From: Lingula anatina
Taxonomy: Eukaryota; Animalia; Brachiopoda
Assembly (NCBI GenBank): GCA_051362555.1
Contig: CM120641.1
Span: forward strand, 1,054,001-1,118,000
Reading direction: 5' to 3'
DNA length: 64,000 nucleotides
Part shown: positions 49,685 through 64,000 of the stretch, in pieces
How the letters are laid out: every line of letters begins with the position of its first letter
Position numbering within the stretch: the first letter of the stretch is position 1
Notes under the pieces: model-generated
What the model was told of the DNA's origin: nothing
What the model saw: only the letters and a program-made list of their open reading frames with translations
Database searches by the model: none
Position numbers and translations under genes: made by a program

Positions 49685-52511
49685 CTACAACAGCAGGGTA
49701 GCAATTGCCGATAAGATCAGGAAGGACGCACTCCATACTGGCGCGTTACTGCCCGAAGTGAAAGGTGTGCTTTCCTTGCTGTTGCATTGGTTCCCGTTAC
49801 AGGTGCAGTACTCCATGTCGACCCGGAAGTCCCCGAGTCCTATTGCCTTCAGTGAATCGAGAGGGATTAACTGAGTGATGGCCGGATCTTCCTGCGTCAG
49901 TTTCACGCATTTTTCCTCCGTTTCTAATCCGACGCATCCGCGTTCGGCCATTTTCATGGTCACGGACGTGCCACTCTAAAATAAAAGAGAATATCGAAGA
50001 TTAGGAAATAGGTTGTTCACAGCACATTGTACTTTCCCTGTAAGATGGTCACCATGAGAGTCAGAGAAACTCGTGTTATTAAACAATTCACTGGTACAAA
50101 CAATACTGGAAAAGTACATAGTCAAACACTTGATATACGGGGTGGGGAGTTGGGGGGTCTTGTCACGTTCAGATATCATGCTCATTTGAACACGTCTTAA
50201 CACATTGGATTTTTTTTAATTACAATGATGTTCTAATATTCCTTTTCTTTTTCAGATGTAATATCAAAATAACTTCAGTCTTTCAAAGATGGGTCGCTCG
50301 TACATGTAGCTACATTCGCCCAGAAAGTATGCACCAACATTTATTAATTTGTGCGTTCAAGTTTTGCCAGTTGTAACTCGTTGGCAATAAATCCAAAACT
50401 TCGACCTCTAGAAATCAGCCGTCTCTGGTTTTGAACACCCATCATTTCCCGCCAGCCTCCTCTTTATAAACATCCGTAATAACCCGTAGCTCTCCTGATG
50501 TTACTAGTATTCCACTCAGTGTTATCAACTGTGGGCTATGTTCTAGGGATGACAATATATACTTACCACACTCATAGTGACAGTTGATCCGGTATTTAAA
50601 CAAGAACCTTCGCAGGACATTGTGGGAGTCTCCGATCCTTTGTCCAGACACTCGGGTACGCTGGTTGCTGGGGTGATTTGATCGAGGGACTTCTGCAACT
50701 GGCTGTCGGATGTTTCGTATTTCTCGTAAATGCACACGTGACACTGGGTAGTCGGGGCTGTAAAAAGACAACCAAGGTTTCCGGTTTTAAATGGAAATCG
50801 CATTCAAATCGTTAGCTTTTAAATTTATAATAAGTCAATCAATTCAAGCTCTGCTGGTTTGACGACAATTTGTTCAGATAATCTAAATATGTTGAAATAA
50901 ACGCGACCACGCCAGTGATTTTACCACCAACTGGAAAAAAAAGGGACACCAACTCCGGTGTTGTGCTTGACATGCTCTACAAAATGCAGTAAACAAAAGT
51001 TCTCAATATTATTGTTGAAAAATACAATTTAAAACAAAATCATGCGGGAAAGTAAAAGTTAAAATCCAAATTTGTGAAGTATTTTTCATGGCCAAAAGTA
51101 GGTCAAAGGTCAATATCAAGATCACAGTAAGATTGTAAGTATATAACGTCCTTTCAAGTTCAATAGTAATTTTGGGCATATCTCTTCTAGTTTAAGATGT
51201 ACATGTATAAGGGATAGAAAAGTTGCAAAGTTCAGTTCATGGTGAAAAATCGGTCAAAGGTCAATTTCGAGGTCACAGATTTTCAGTATACGACGTCCTA
51301 TTCAAGTTCAATAGTAACTATGGGCGTATCCCTGCAAGTTTTGGGAATATAAGGGATAGAAAATTTGCAAAGATCATTTTATGGTGAAAAGTAGGCCAAA
51401 TGTCAATTTCAAGGTCACAGTTATATTGCCAGTATATGACTTGCTATTCAAGTTCAATAGTAACTTTGGGCCTATCTCTGCCAGTTTTGGAGATATAAGG
51501 GATAGATAGCTGAAACGTGCAGTTCACGATGAAAAGCGCACAAGCTGCTGGTACTAATTATTCTAGCGCCCGGATCCAAAGCCGGTATGACGTCACATGT
51601 AGTACTTGTGACGTTTTTTTAAAAATATTTTAAAATTCACACGCGCACATGTACTTCAATACCCATTTTCCAGTCGTTTAACTTTGGCAATTATAGCAAG
51701 TGCATTCAAAAGCACACTAAGGGTGAGGTTGTCGACGTTACCTTTGGGAAGTGCAGATAGAGACAAAACATCCTGCGTACAGCTGTCGCTATTGCAAAAA
51801 CACATCTTCCCAGAGACCTCCTGTCCCATGGTCAGACCGCCTCCAAGAACACCTTGGATGCTCTGAGCGTCGTTCGAACTTATAGTTTTGCATCCTTCAT
51901 TCACGCTCTTTGAGGGATTGCAACTTCGAACCACAAAACCAATGCTCACGGGGTTTCCCTGCAACCAAGACCAATGCTTATGCGCAGTGAATAAATAGAA
52001 CTATCACAAATTCAAGAATTTGGCTTTCGTTTAACTTACATGGAATGCAAGAAAGGCTTTCCCCCTTCGACATCTCCTAACCAATAAAACACCAACTATC
52101 TAAAAACTCACATCCCAGACATTTTCATTATTGGATTCGTATGTAATTGTTTTATTAGATTGTCTTCCCATATCTAGATCGATCTAACAGTTAGTACGAT
52201 GGGTCTGGGGATCGGTCCCTTACACGTTTTAACTGCGTGCTTGAAAAGAAAGGGTAACAATTTAATATCTGGCTGAATAATCCAAGTTATTTCTGGTTAA
52301 AAACTTACGTCTATCTGAGTGGCTGTGTTGACTTCAGCAAACGCACAGGAACCGTCGCAGCTAATTGTCTTTGTGATAGAGGTGGGGTTCTTGGCGCACT
52401 CAGCGTCCATCGTACTTGCATACATGTTTTGGATAAAGCCCTGTACATCCGCACCACCACCTGTAGCGGTAACATACGTACACTGTGTGCACTCCAGTGC
52501 CTCCCCTGTAA

Positions 52512-52556
<45 letters not shown>

Positions 52557-55030
52557 TATACCAAAATTATGAGAGGTTATGGTTTCTGTCACATTCTCTT
52601 TGCATGGAATAGCTCCAGCATATTATGAATTACACTCTTTCTTAAATGCTGAAATAGTTTGATAATTGGAAATAATTTTTTAAGTTCTCTGTGATAATTG
52701 CCACAAACCTCTGCTGTAGCTGGCTTTAGCAGTGACTAATAAACAATTAATGGTCAAGTTGCAAAAGTGGACTGAAACTCCTTGTGTAATGCAAAATAGT
52801 TGGTTAGCATGACAGGCCACATGAATGATAATATAATTAACTATTTGCTGGTATTTGCAGTTATAAGGCAATTTTACTCTGCAAATTTAAAGGGTGCCAA
52901 CTCTTCCACCTGGAGCCCGAAGGAGAACTTGAAAACTTTGGTGGATGTCGTATTTTGCGTGAAAACGAAGGGACATCCAGGCATGAAATGGAACCGAAGT
53001 AAAATCCGTATAATTACCTCGTCACCAGTCGACTGCAGCGATTACTACTCTTGATGGGCGTCTTGTTTAAACTACCAGAGCGACAGATTGAGTTTTCACA
53101 TGATATTTACAGATATGTCTTTAGATAAATATGTGGTCATTTTACTATCTCTGATTTTTCAATTTTCCCCTACGATCTGCCACCTTGGTAGAGGGTACAT
53201 GTAACTCTTGCTGGGCGTCTTGTTCAAACTAGGAGTGGGTGTTAAAATCACTGCCTCGTGGTAGTTTGTTATTTACCTTAAACAAAATGCCGCAGTAGGT
53301 AGATTTTTAATGTCACCAGTTAAGCATGTTTGATAGGTAATGCATTCCTGACGTCACGAATACCTTGCTACCCTCTTTGTAATTTGTGAAAAGGTCGGTG
53401 TATTATTCGCGCAAAAAATTGTTTTCTTAGTGTGTTTATGTATGTATCCTGCAACGCATCGCAACTTTTCTTTACCCATTCAGATAAACTAAGTCCAAAT
53501 AAAGATATATGAAGCACGCGTTCTTTTAGAAACCACATTGCGAGTTTTAGCAACTGGTGATAGCTGCAAGTCGTAAAGAGGTTATAACTGCGCAGGCCAT
53601 CAGAGCTCAAAGAGACCAAGCACTGAAGCAAAATACCATTAATGGATATGTGAAGATTAATAAGGATTAAAACTTATTCAAATTAATAATTTTTTATGAT
53701 TACAGTGCTGGTTGCAATACCAAGATAATATTAAGCTATAGTAAGGTTTGTTTTTTCACATAAGTAAAATGAACAAAATGCGTTAAAAAACTGAGCCGAC
53801 TCCCACGTATTACAGCAGCCAACACGTTTCCTGCTCTTTGTGAAGGTGTCATTTTACTAGAGCATTTTTCTTGTATCCTGAGAGGGGAATTGATGTGAAA
53901 GCAGCTACCGTCAAAAGTTTGCAATATGTATGATCTGTGCGGCCTTGTGGTTATCAATAGGCAATCGATTGCTACGGTCCTGCAAATGGTTTTTGATTAT
54001 CAAGTGTTTGCTGACAGTGTATCGCTTGGCAAACTGGTAATCTACAGCTTTGGTCTTCATAGGTTAAGTTACCAAACTGCTACCCTCTACCAGGGCCACA
54101 GATTGACTTTTCACTAGATATTAAGAGATATGGCTCTGGTTAAATAGATGACTAATCTCTGTGCTGTCGCCTCAGTAAAAATGTCCACGGAATAAAAACT
54201 GCGGCAATGGTAGAGGGTACCATGCTGCATCCTTGCTGCAACAAAATATATGCCAAAGCTCGCAAAATGATCGCACGCGACCGCCAGATTTTGTGGTTGC
54301 TAAAAGGTTGCCAAAAGATTGCAAACACTGTGTGACCCAGTCTTTACATTTAGCTGTACAGCACTCGCAGCGAGATCCTGCCGTTTATCTATCTAGTAAA
54401 TTATCTTTAGTTGTGTCTGCATACTAAAATAACGCAAATATTGGTCTAAGATATCATCAGTTTGAACGCTTTTATGAAACGCTGATATGAACTCGAACTG
54501 CTGAACAAAAATAATCCACAGACCAAAAATGTATAAGTTCTTTCAGACCAAAATTTAAGTCGACTTTGATGCAAGATAAATCAGTGGTAGCAAGGACAAT
54601 TGATGGGATCGTTATTGCGTTCGATTTTGAACATGAAAGACTTTCTGTACAAGTTACAACACGAGTCGTCCACTGTATGCCGCATACTAAACTATACATG
54701 TACAAGAGCAAAGTTATATCGAGGCGCAAGAGGCAAGAAGCTGTGAAAAGGCCACGCTCTCTGGACTTAAACTATGATACTTTCTCTTCTAAATAACAAA
54801 TCTATCTTAGCCTAAGAACAGGCAACATTAAATTAAATAAAATGGCCTGGACGACACTATATGATACAATATGGGATGTGCACTGTATAGAAAACCATAA
54901 GGGCTGCGCGCTGACTAATCTCAAAAACGTGCTTGAATGCAACTTATTGGCGCAGAAACTCAATATTTCTCGCCTTACCCAACTCGATCCCTCCCAACAG
55001 AAACATCAGAACAATAATCGCCAGCATCAT
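49685..55030 (-). CDS. GPI-anchored double Ly6/quiver-like protein, copy B
   Basis: Exons 55030-54979, 52505-52309, 51958-51742, 50757-50567 and 49975-49685; phases and Cys pattern as in copy A. Confidence 0.85.
54081..54219. mobile_element. MITE, TACCCTCTACCA TIR family
   Basis: TACCCTCTACCA / TGGTAGAGGGTA ends; interior similar to 8780-8908. Confidence 0.7.
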
Positions 55031-57045
55031 GGAACCAATTGGTACAGTGTAGTTTCAGAGACGGTCAGTATTCCGATAATAACGGAGGCTCGGCAGCTGA
55101 TGAACTGGTACGCCACTTAGCGTCTGGGCAGTTTAAGCCCAATTCCACTTAGGGGGGTGCAAGCTATGCCGATACTTACCAGAATCAGCAAATGCAATAC
55201 ATTCTACACTCAGAATATGGCTGTTGTTTAGAAATTCAAAACCATTTTAGTTAGATTTGAACAAAAATTACGTGTGCAGAAATACATGTTTGACTTGTTA
55301 ATTTGCATGACAGGACAACACCCCTCCTTAAAATGCACCAAACGGCGTGCCATCTAAATCAATGACTAATAATACGAGTACAAACGTGAAAACGAAAGTA
55401 TATTGATTTAACGTGTAAATACAAATCACCCCACGTTCAAGTCGTAAAACGTCTACTAAATAACAAAAAATTGAGAAAACAGCAATAAGAAGTAAGTTTC
55501 AAACGTAAACATCCAGCCTGTTGACTCAAACTCAAACTTGTCGTATCACAAAGAAAATTCAACCCCCAAAAGTTTGGAGTAAGACTGGGTTCCCATACCT
55601 AGATCGATGTAACAGGTTCGGTCCGTCTCCACGGGGTTTCTCGCTAAATTGCTTTCAGTTTAAGTGGCTTAAATGTCAGGGATGCCTACTTAAGCTGCTA
55701 AACGATAGTTACACTCTATCAACTTCAGTAGGCGTGACAGACATCTAAGCCGCCAAAGTAGTTAATTGCAGTTAAGCAAGAATCCCCTTGGAGATAGTTC
55801 GATCCAAAGTTGGTACGATAGGGTCTGGGAATGGTTTCTAGAAAATCTCCAATTAAAAAGTACATGCATGTAATGTACTCCAGTTTGAGATTAATGCATA
55901 GTAGTGCATCAATGTACATATCAATCATGAGTCTTCAATCATGCATTTCACTAGATGTAGATTAAAAATATACTAAACAGGCTTCTCTAATTATGGTGAC
56001 TTAATTCGACCTCATATGCTCATTAAAAGTATGTAAGTATTTTTCACATCAGTGTTACATATATCAATCGAAAGAAGAGGGTCCCTGATAATCTGTCATT
56101 GAATTGTACAACATAATGTCAACAATGTTTTGCATTTGATGTTTACTTTTATTCATACAAAATGTGGAGTTTTCCTATATGTTTAAGCAAATGATTACAT
56201 AAATAAAGATTAATTCATGTACTGTTACATGTACTTCCTAATGAAGTACAAGAATGCTGAAAAAATATCTGACAGCTTCATAATGTAGAGATAAGTCATA
56301 TCTGACAGCAATATTTCAAACCACAAGACACTGCTGCATACATTTTTCCTTGAGTCCATAAGGGTCGATCCCGATGATCAGCTCAAATTTCTCCTTATAT
56401 CTATCCTTTATGAAAAAAAGTTGCTTCTTTGAAAGGTTGAACTTATGATGACACATTAAACTCTCTCAAACTATAACTGCTATTACCCAATGAACAAGAA
56501 AAATTAAGTGCAAGATAATTGAACTATAGCTTCTGACAACTCCATGATGTTGGGATAAGTCACATTTGGCAGGATTTCACGATTAGACTGTCTTGAGTTC
56601 ATTTGGGTCGATCCCGCTGATCAGCTGAAGTTTCCACTGGTATATATCCTTTTAACTTTGGTGTACTTGATCGCGATATGAAGTTTACTTTATTTGGTTC
56701 ACCTATATTAACGCTACTATTCCCCGTCGTTCTTTCCCTCCAAAATGGCCGCAGGACTATAGTTACGGAGCAAATATGACGTCACTAAAATGGGCCAATA
56801 GCACTAACGTTTATCAGAAAACTTGCCCATACTTGCCTAGACTTAGATACAAAATAGCTGCGCAACAGACGGTTAGTGGTACACAAAACTACAAAAAAGC
56901 ATTAAACGCGTCTAAGAAAGGCTATTTCTACAATAACATTAATTTCATGTGACTATAAAAATTGAAAGTTTGCTTGGTTACGATCATCTGAAAAGAACTC
57001 TGGAACTCTAGGACTCTGGAATGAATATGGTAAGTTCATGCCCCT

Positions 57046-59856
57046 CTACAACAGCAGGGTAGCAATGGCCGATAAGATCAGGAAGGACGCACTCCATACT
57101 GGCGCGTTACCGCCCGAAGTGAAAGGTGTGCTTTTCAAGCTGTTGCATTCGTTCCCGTTACAGGTGCAGTACTCCATGTCGATCCCGAAGTCCCCGAGTC
57201 CCATTGCCTTCAGTGAATCGAGAGGGAATAGCTGAGTAATGGCCGGATCCTCCTGCGTCAGTTTCACGCATTTTTTCTCCGTTTCTATTCCGGCGCATCC
57301 GCGTTGGGCCATTTTCATAGTTACGGACGTGTCTCTCTGAAATTAAAGAGAATATCGAAGATTAGCCTATAAGAAATAGCTTGTTCACAGCACATTGTTC
57401 TTTCCCTGTATTATATACCCTCTACCAGGGCCGCACCTATAACCCTGTGGACATTTTTGCTGAGGCGACCCTGTAACGTTTGGACAGATGTGAGCAATTA
57501 AAAATGCACGCGTACAGAGGGCATTGTTCCTGCTCTGCAGGAGCTGATTATCGCTTGTTACGCAACCTGCCTTGTGTTTTCTGTCTGCTAAGGGGTTGTG
57601 TTTATTGTCACAGAGGAGCAATTGACTGTCTTGATTACTCCCAAGGGGACCTGGCAGGGACTTGCTAAGTGACAGTGCCTGAGTAGATATGCAAACAATT
57701 ACCAGCTATGTAATCATCCTTGAGATTTGAGCACAGGGTGACAGTACAGAGCTTAGCCATCTGTTTAACCAGAGACGTATCTCTCAATATCTAGTGAAAA
57801 ATCAATCTATTGCCCTGGTAGAGGGTAGTCACCATGTGTGTCAGAGAAATTGGTGTTATCAAACAATTCACTGGTACAAACAATACTGGAAAGGTATATA
57901 GTCAAACACTTGATATAGCAGGCAGTCTTGTCACGTTCAGATATGATGCTCATTACGTTTATTTTGCACACGTTCATCACACATTGATTTTTTTTCAATT
58001 ACAATTATGTTCTAATAATCCTTTTTTCCAGCTGTAATATCAAAATAATTTTGGTCTTTCAAAGATGGGTCGCCCGAAAATATCCAGTTGCAACAACATT
58101 TATTAACTTGTGCATTCCAAGTTTTGCCAGTTGTTACTCGTTTGCAATTAACTGTCGACCTCTAAAAATCAGCCGTCTCTGGCTTTGAGCACCCATCATT
58201 TTCCGCCCCACCCCCTTTATGAACATCCGTACTAGCCCGTAGTTCTCCTGATTTTACTAGTATTTCACTCAGTTTTATCAACTCTGGACTATGTTCTAGG
58301 GATAACTATACTTACCATACTCATAGTGACAGTTGCTCCAATGTTCTGACAAGAACCTTCGCAGGACATGGTGCGAGTTTCGGATCCTTTGTCCAGACAC
58401 TCGGGTACACTGGCTGCTTGGGTGATTTGATCGAAGTTCTTCTGCATCTGGCTGTCTGATGTTTCGTACTTCATGTAAGTGCACACGTGACACTGGGTAG
58501 TCGGGGCTGTAAAAAGACAACCAAGGTTTCCAGTTTTAAATGGAAATCGCATTCAAATCACATTAGCTTTTGAATGTATTATAAGTCAGTCAATTCAACT
58601 CCGCTGGTTTGATGACCATTTGATCAGATAATTTAAATATGTTGAAATAAACACAACCACGCAAGGGAGCGTTTTGTGACGTCACAGTGTAGCTAAGGTT
58701 TAAAAATATTTTAGCGCTGGGACCCAAAGCAGGTATGACGTCACATGTAATACTAATGGCGCTTTTTTAATGTTTTGACATTCACACGTGTACTTCTATA
58801 CCCATTTTCCAGTCGTTTAACTTTGGCAATTATACCAAGTGCATTCAAAAGCACATTTAGGGTGAGGTTGTCGATTTTACCTTTGGGAAGTGCAGGAAGA
58901 GACGAAACATCCTGCGTACAGCTGTCGCTATTGCAAAAACACATCTTCCCAGAGACTTCCTGTCCGACGTCCAGGCCGCCTCCCAGAACACCTTGGATGT
59001 TCTGAGCGTCGTTCGAACTTATGGTTTTGCATCCTTCATTCACGCTCTTTGAGGGATTGCAACTTCGAACCACAACACCAATGCTCATGGGGTTTCCCTG
59101 CAACCAAGACCAATGCTTATGTGCAGTGAATAGATAGAACTATCACAAATTCAAGAATTTGGCTTTCATTTAACTTACACGTGGAATGCAAGAATGGCTC
59201 TGCTCCTTTCACATCTCCTAACTAACTAAACACTAACTCAAAACTCACATCTCAAACAATTTCCTTAATGGATTCCTATGTAATTGTTTTGTTAGATTGG
59301 GTTCTCATACCTAGATCCACCTAACAGAATCGATCCATCTCAGATGGGATTCTTGCTATTTAAGTGCTTTCAGCTTAAGCGGCTTAGATGTCTGACACGC
59401 CTATTGGAGCTGCTAAACGATAATTAATTACCCCCTAGCAGCTTTAGTAGGCGTGACAGACATCTAAACCGATTAAGTTGATTGCAATTAAGCGAGAATC
59501 CCCCCCTGAGATAGATCGATCCACAGTAAGTATGACAAGGTCTGGGAATGGGCCCTTACAAGTTTTAACTGCGTGCTTGTAAAGAAAGAGTTTACCGGTG
59601 TAACAATTCAATATATCTCTAAACAATCCAAGGTATTTCTGGTTACAAACTTACGGCAATCTGGGTCGTTGTGTTGACTTCAGCAAACGCACAGGAACCG
59701 TCGCAGCTAATTGTCTTAGTTACAGAGGTGGGGTTCTTGGCGCACTCAGCGTCCATCATACTTGAATATATGTTTTGAATAGCACCTTGGACATCCGCAT
59801 CACCACTTGTAGCGGTCAGGTACATACACTGTGTGCACTCCAGTGCCTCCCCTATA

Positions 59857-59893
<37 letters not shown>

Positions 59894-60649
59894 CTATGAC
59901 AGTTTAATTTTTCTGCTACAAACTCTTTCTCTGGAATAACATCAGTATGTTTTGAATTACACTCTTCCTAAAAATGCTGCAATATTATGAAATAATTTTT
60001 TAAGTTCTCTCTGATTACTGCCACATAACCTTTGATATAGCTGGCTGTAGCATTGACCAATAAACAATGCTCAAATTAAGAAATTGGACTGAAACTCTTT
60101 CAGTAATGCAAAACAGTTAATTAAAATAGTGTACCCTATATAACAAATCTGGACAGAATGGCAGGCCACATAAACACTAATGAACTAATGGCTGGTATTT
60201 GCAGTTACAAGGCAATTTTGCTCTGCACATTTAAAGGGTGCCAACTCTTTCACCTAGAGCCCGAAGGGGAATTTGAAAACTTTGGTGGATGTCGTGTTTT
60301 CCGTGAAAACGAAGGGACATTGCTGTCCGCGTTGGAATCGCTCAAGGAACTGTCTGTAAACTTTTCCAGCGGCATCGTACAAAGCCACGTGCGCCACCAG
60401 GCAGCAGCACTGGCTGTCCCTGTAAACCAACAGTCTATAAGGGTCTTATACCCAGGGGCGGATTATTTGAAGAGGGGGGGGGTCCACGGATGCAAGGGGG
60501 GGGGTCCACGGGTATACAGTGGCGGATTTAGAGATGGGGGCAGAACCCCCCTGAACCCCCCTCTAAATCCGCCACTGTATACCCTTCCAGGTGTCTCGTC
60601 AAAAGAGAACATTGTCAGCAACTTCTCTCAGGGACAGTGGTAAAACGCA

Positions 60650-60706
<57 letters not shown>

Positions 60707-63700
60707 GAGTTTCCAGAGTAATACCCAACAGCAGGCCCCCGCTTCGTGGTTTGGACCAAGGTCCACTCCTTAGAAAACATTTTTTCTTCATGGCATATTT
60801 GGCGAGCGTACCTTTTCAAAATCCCGTTTGGCACTTCTAGAATACCCTGAATACCCTGCGGCGTAATTAACTAGCAGAGCGAGCGAGTTACTTCCAAAGC
60901 TGTAATTAATTCTCGGCTGCGCTGGGAGGAGATTCTGACGCATTGACGCATTGCTAGTTAATTACGCCGCGGGATAGTCAGGGCACAGACCGTGATCACT
61001 AGATACCGCCAATGGATTTTTTGGATTTTTAGAATTTAGATTTTCCATGTGAACGGTGCCGAACTGTGGATCGATCTATCTCCAAGGGGTTTCTCACTAA
61101 ATTGCAGTCAACTTAAGCGGCTTAGATGTCTGTCATGCCTACTAAAGCTGCTAGGGGGTAATTAATTATAGTTTAGCAGCTCCAGTAGGCGTGTCAGACA
61201 TCTAAGCTGCTTAAGCTGAAAGCAATTTAGCGAGAAACCCCTTGGAGATGGATCGATCCTGTTAGATCGATCTAGGTATGGGAACCCGGTCAAAAGCTTG
61301 CATTTTTCTCTCGGATTTTTATTGCATTTCTCAGAAATTAAGTTAAAAGCCGATCTGTCGGTCGATTGATTTAATGCCCCTCTGGTATCTGATATGTTTA
61401 CACGGTATTGGATTCCAGCTCACCTCACATAAGTTGATATTAACCTCCTGTCATCTTCAATCCTTCACATCAGTGGCACCATACTATATTAGACCCAATT
61501 CACATACCTAGATCGATCTAGCGGGATCGATCCATCTCGGAAGGGATTCTCGCTAAATTGTTTTCAACTTTAGCGGCTTAGTTGTCTGGCACACTTACTA
61601 AAGCTACTAAACGAAAGTTAATTACCTCCTAACAGCTTCGGTAAGCGTGTCAGACATTAGAGCTGCTTAAGCTAAGGGCAATTTATCGAGAAGCCCCTCG
61701 GAGATGGACCGATCCCGTTAGATCGATCTAGGTATGGGAATGGGGTCTTAGCCGCTCTCGATCGTTATCAGCTTTATGGCAAATCTCGTATTATTGTAAT
61801 TATTATTCACTTTATTTGATTTACTCTGTGCTGTCGATACCTCGAAGAACAAACACATCGAAGCATATCATAAAAAGTTGACCTAGATTCCACCCTTCAC
61901 TCCGGTCAAGCCAGACAGAGTTATCAATCATAGCCTACATCTTAATGTTTTTCCTGTTGGCCTGTGCCATCTCCATTGTCCATCTATAAGAAACATTCGT
62001 GATTAATCAAATTTATAGTTCATATTTCTGTTGGCATATATTATTAATCTGCTTCAGTGCAGCAGTATAGATGTAGGCCGTATTTAATATGAGGGTTTGC
62101 AGACATTTCTCAGTTCAAAGGCCATGGCACAGCCGTGTTTCGCACCGTACTTAAGATATTCAGTATGAGATAAACTATTTCTCCATGGGATGCGTGTCTA
62201 TATATACTTTTACCTTTCCTGTCGGCTAGACGGGTCTTGCGCGTTCTTTCGCTTTATTTATCTGCTTTGTGTGCTTATTAACTTTCGCTTTTTTAGCAGA
62301 TTTTATCCACTGTTATATAGATAAGATGTAGACTGTGTCACATTTTGCTTTGAAACTTGGTAGACTGATTCAAAGGTCTAATGTACAGACCAAGTTCAAA
62401 AACTGCTTGATCGGTTTACTTTTGTTGAAGTTATGCTGCTTTTTGTATATACATCAAAGTGGGTAAGAAGAAATAGTTATAAATAGTGCTCATGTTTTTT
62501 CATTATATAATTCACGCGGTCCAGTGATGGACTATCTGCCACGACCATCTCAAGAAAACGTGTCAACGCACTTAAACCATTTATCTAAACTGTGGATCGA
62601 TGTGAGCTTAAAAAGGCATCTCTGTAAACTCAGTGGAGACGGGTTTTAAACGACACATACTTTTGCATGTATAACGTGCCGGTAATGTCATTCGTGAGAT
62701 CGGTTTCATACCCCAACTTCACGCCCTGTAAACTGATGCTATACTGAACAAAAATACCACAGCAGGTTTTTCTTTTCCATAAAAAATACGATCGAGTATA
62801 TCTCATAAACTAACAAATTCATACAATCTATCCTGCTTTCCGTCCGTTTCCAATGAAAAGAAACGTTACCAGTACCATTTGGTTTCTATACTATATACAC
62901 CGTTCATGAATGTTTCAAATGCACCACTTGAATCCTGACTTGGAGATACTGATAGAAAGATGCGGGCATGAAATGGAAACGAAGTAAAATCCAGTCGACT
63001 GCAGCGATTACTACGTTGATGGGCGTCTTGTTTAAACTAGGAGTGGGTGTTTAAATCACTGCCGCGTGGTAGTTTGTTATTTGAATATCTTAAACAAAAT
63101 GCCGCGATAGGTATACTTTTAATGTCACCAGTTAAGCATGTTAATTGGTAATGTATCCGGATGTCACGCATACCTTGCTACCCTCTTTGTAATTAGTTAA
63201 AATGCTGGTTGTATTATTCCCGCCAAAATATTGTTTTTAATTTGTACATGTTCGCTACTTACATTTCCTCATTCAGACCAATTAAAACTAATTAACCTCT
63301 CAAATAAAAGTGCGTTTACGTTTCCACGTGAAAGGTACAGGAAGAACGCTACGGGAACGGGCATATAATTAAAAATGATATAAAACATCAAATCCAAGTG
63401 CATGGGCGGATTGAGCAATGATCAGTGTGAGGGAGAAACATATATACCTTTTCTCTCGAGAAAAAATCTATTTGGCTGAAAAATGTCGGGTAGGATACCT
63501 TAAGTACTGAATACAATTAAGGCCCTTAGGTAGCGTCCAAAAACATTTACAGGTTTTGGCCGCGGTCATAAAGCGAGTGGACTTAAACTATGATGCTTTC
63601 TCTTCTAAATAACACAGCCATCATAGCCTGAAGACAGGCAACATCGAATTAAAAAATGGCCTTGCCGGCACTATATGGCACTATATGGAATGCACACTGT

Positions 63701-63848
63701 ATATTGAAAACCAACAGGGCTGACTAATCTCAAAAGCATGTGCTTGAAAGCAGCTTACTGCCGCTGAAACTCAACATTTCTCGTCTTGGTACTTACCCAA
63801 CTCGATCCCTCCCAACAGAAACACCAGAACAGTAATCGCCAGCATCAT
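57046..63848 (-). CDS. GPI-anchored double Ly6/quiver-like protein, copy C
   Basis: Exons 63848-63797, 59851-59655, 59097-58881, 58506-58316 and 57336-57046. Confidence 0.85.
57416..57827. mobile_element. MITE, TACCCTCTACCAGGGC TIR family (longer member)
   Basis: Perfect 16-bp TIRs; absent from the equivalent intron of copies A and B. Confidence 0.8.
61492..61747. mobile_element. Palindromic PIF/Harbinger-like MITE (TAGATCGATCTA family)
   Basis: Near full-length hairpin GACCC...GGGTC with TTA on both flanks. Relatives at about 42256-42316, 45187-45447, 52160-52218, 55583-55838, 59295-59555 and 61065-61291. Confidence 0.8.
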
Positions 63849-64000
63849 GGAGCCAGTTGGTGCAGTGCAGTTTCAGTGACGGTCAATATTCCGATAATAA
63901 CGGAGGCTCGGCAGCTGATGAACTGGTACGCCACTTAGCGTCTGCGCAGTTTAAGCCCGCTTCCACTTATAGGGGTGCAAGCTATGTCGATACTTACCAG

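Noticed and set aside
60158-60643. 161-aa ORF antisense within intron 1 of copy C
   Set aside because: It runs through paralogous intron sequence and nested MITEs, and the frame is not conserved in copies A and B.

Overview
AT-rich animal genomic DNA with spliceosomal introns; an invertebrate, probably a lophotrochozoan or mollusc (inference). From left to right: (1) seven 5' coding exons of ITPK1 on the - strand, running off the left edge. (2) A very young 14.2-kb Gypsy-type LTR element (6290-20490) with identical 248-bp LTRs, a CGTC target duplication, a tRNA-Ser(GCT)-type PBS and a PPT, sitting between ITPK1 and LYSET. It encodes only an intact Gag (helix-hairpin-helix, capsid, CCHC knuckle) and a dead protease remnant. 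Its 3' region is packed with repeated, covarying RNA structures, including six three-way junctions. It also carries a third, inverted copy of its own 3' end, which is split by an 8.6-kb non-autonomous foldback-type DNA transposon with an 8-bp TSD. (3) LYSET/TMEM251. (4) A single-exon GT31 beta-1,3-glycosyltransferase with an atypical EED motif. (5) A two-exon single-pass membrane protein of unknown family. (6) Three tandem 5-exon genes for GPI-anchored proteins with two Ly6/quiver-like domains. Several MITE families and microsatellites are scattered throughout. All alignments, splicing and RNA folding were done by eye.
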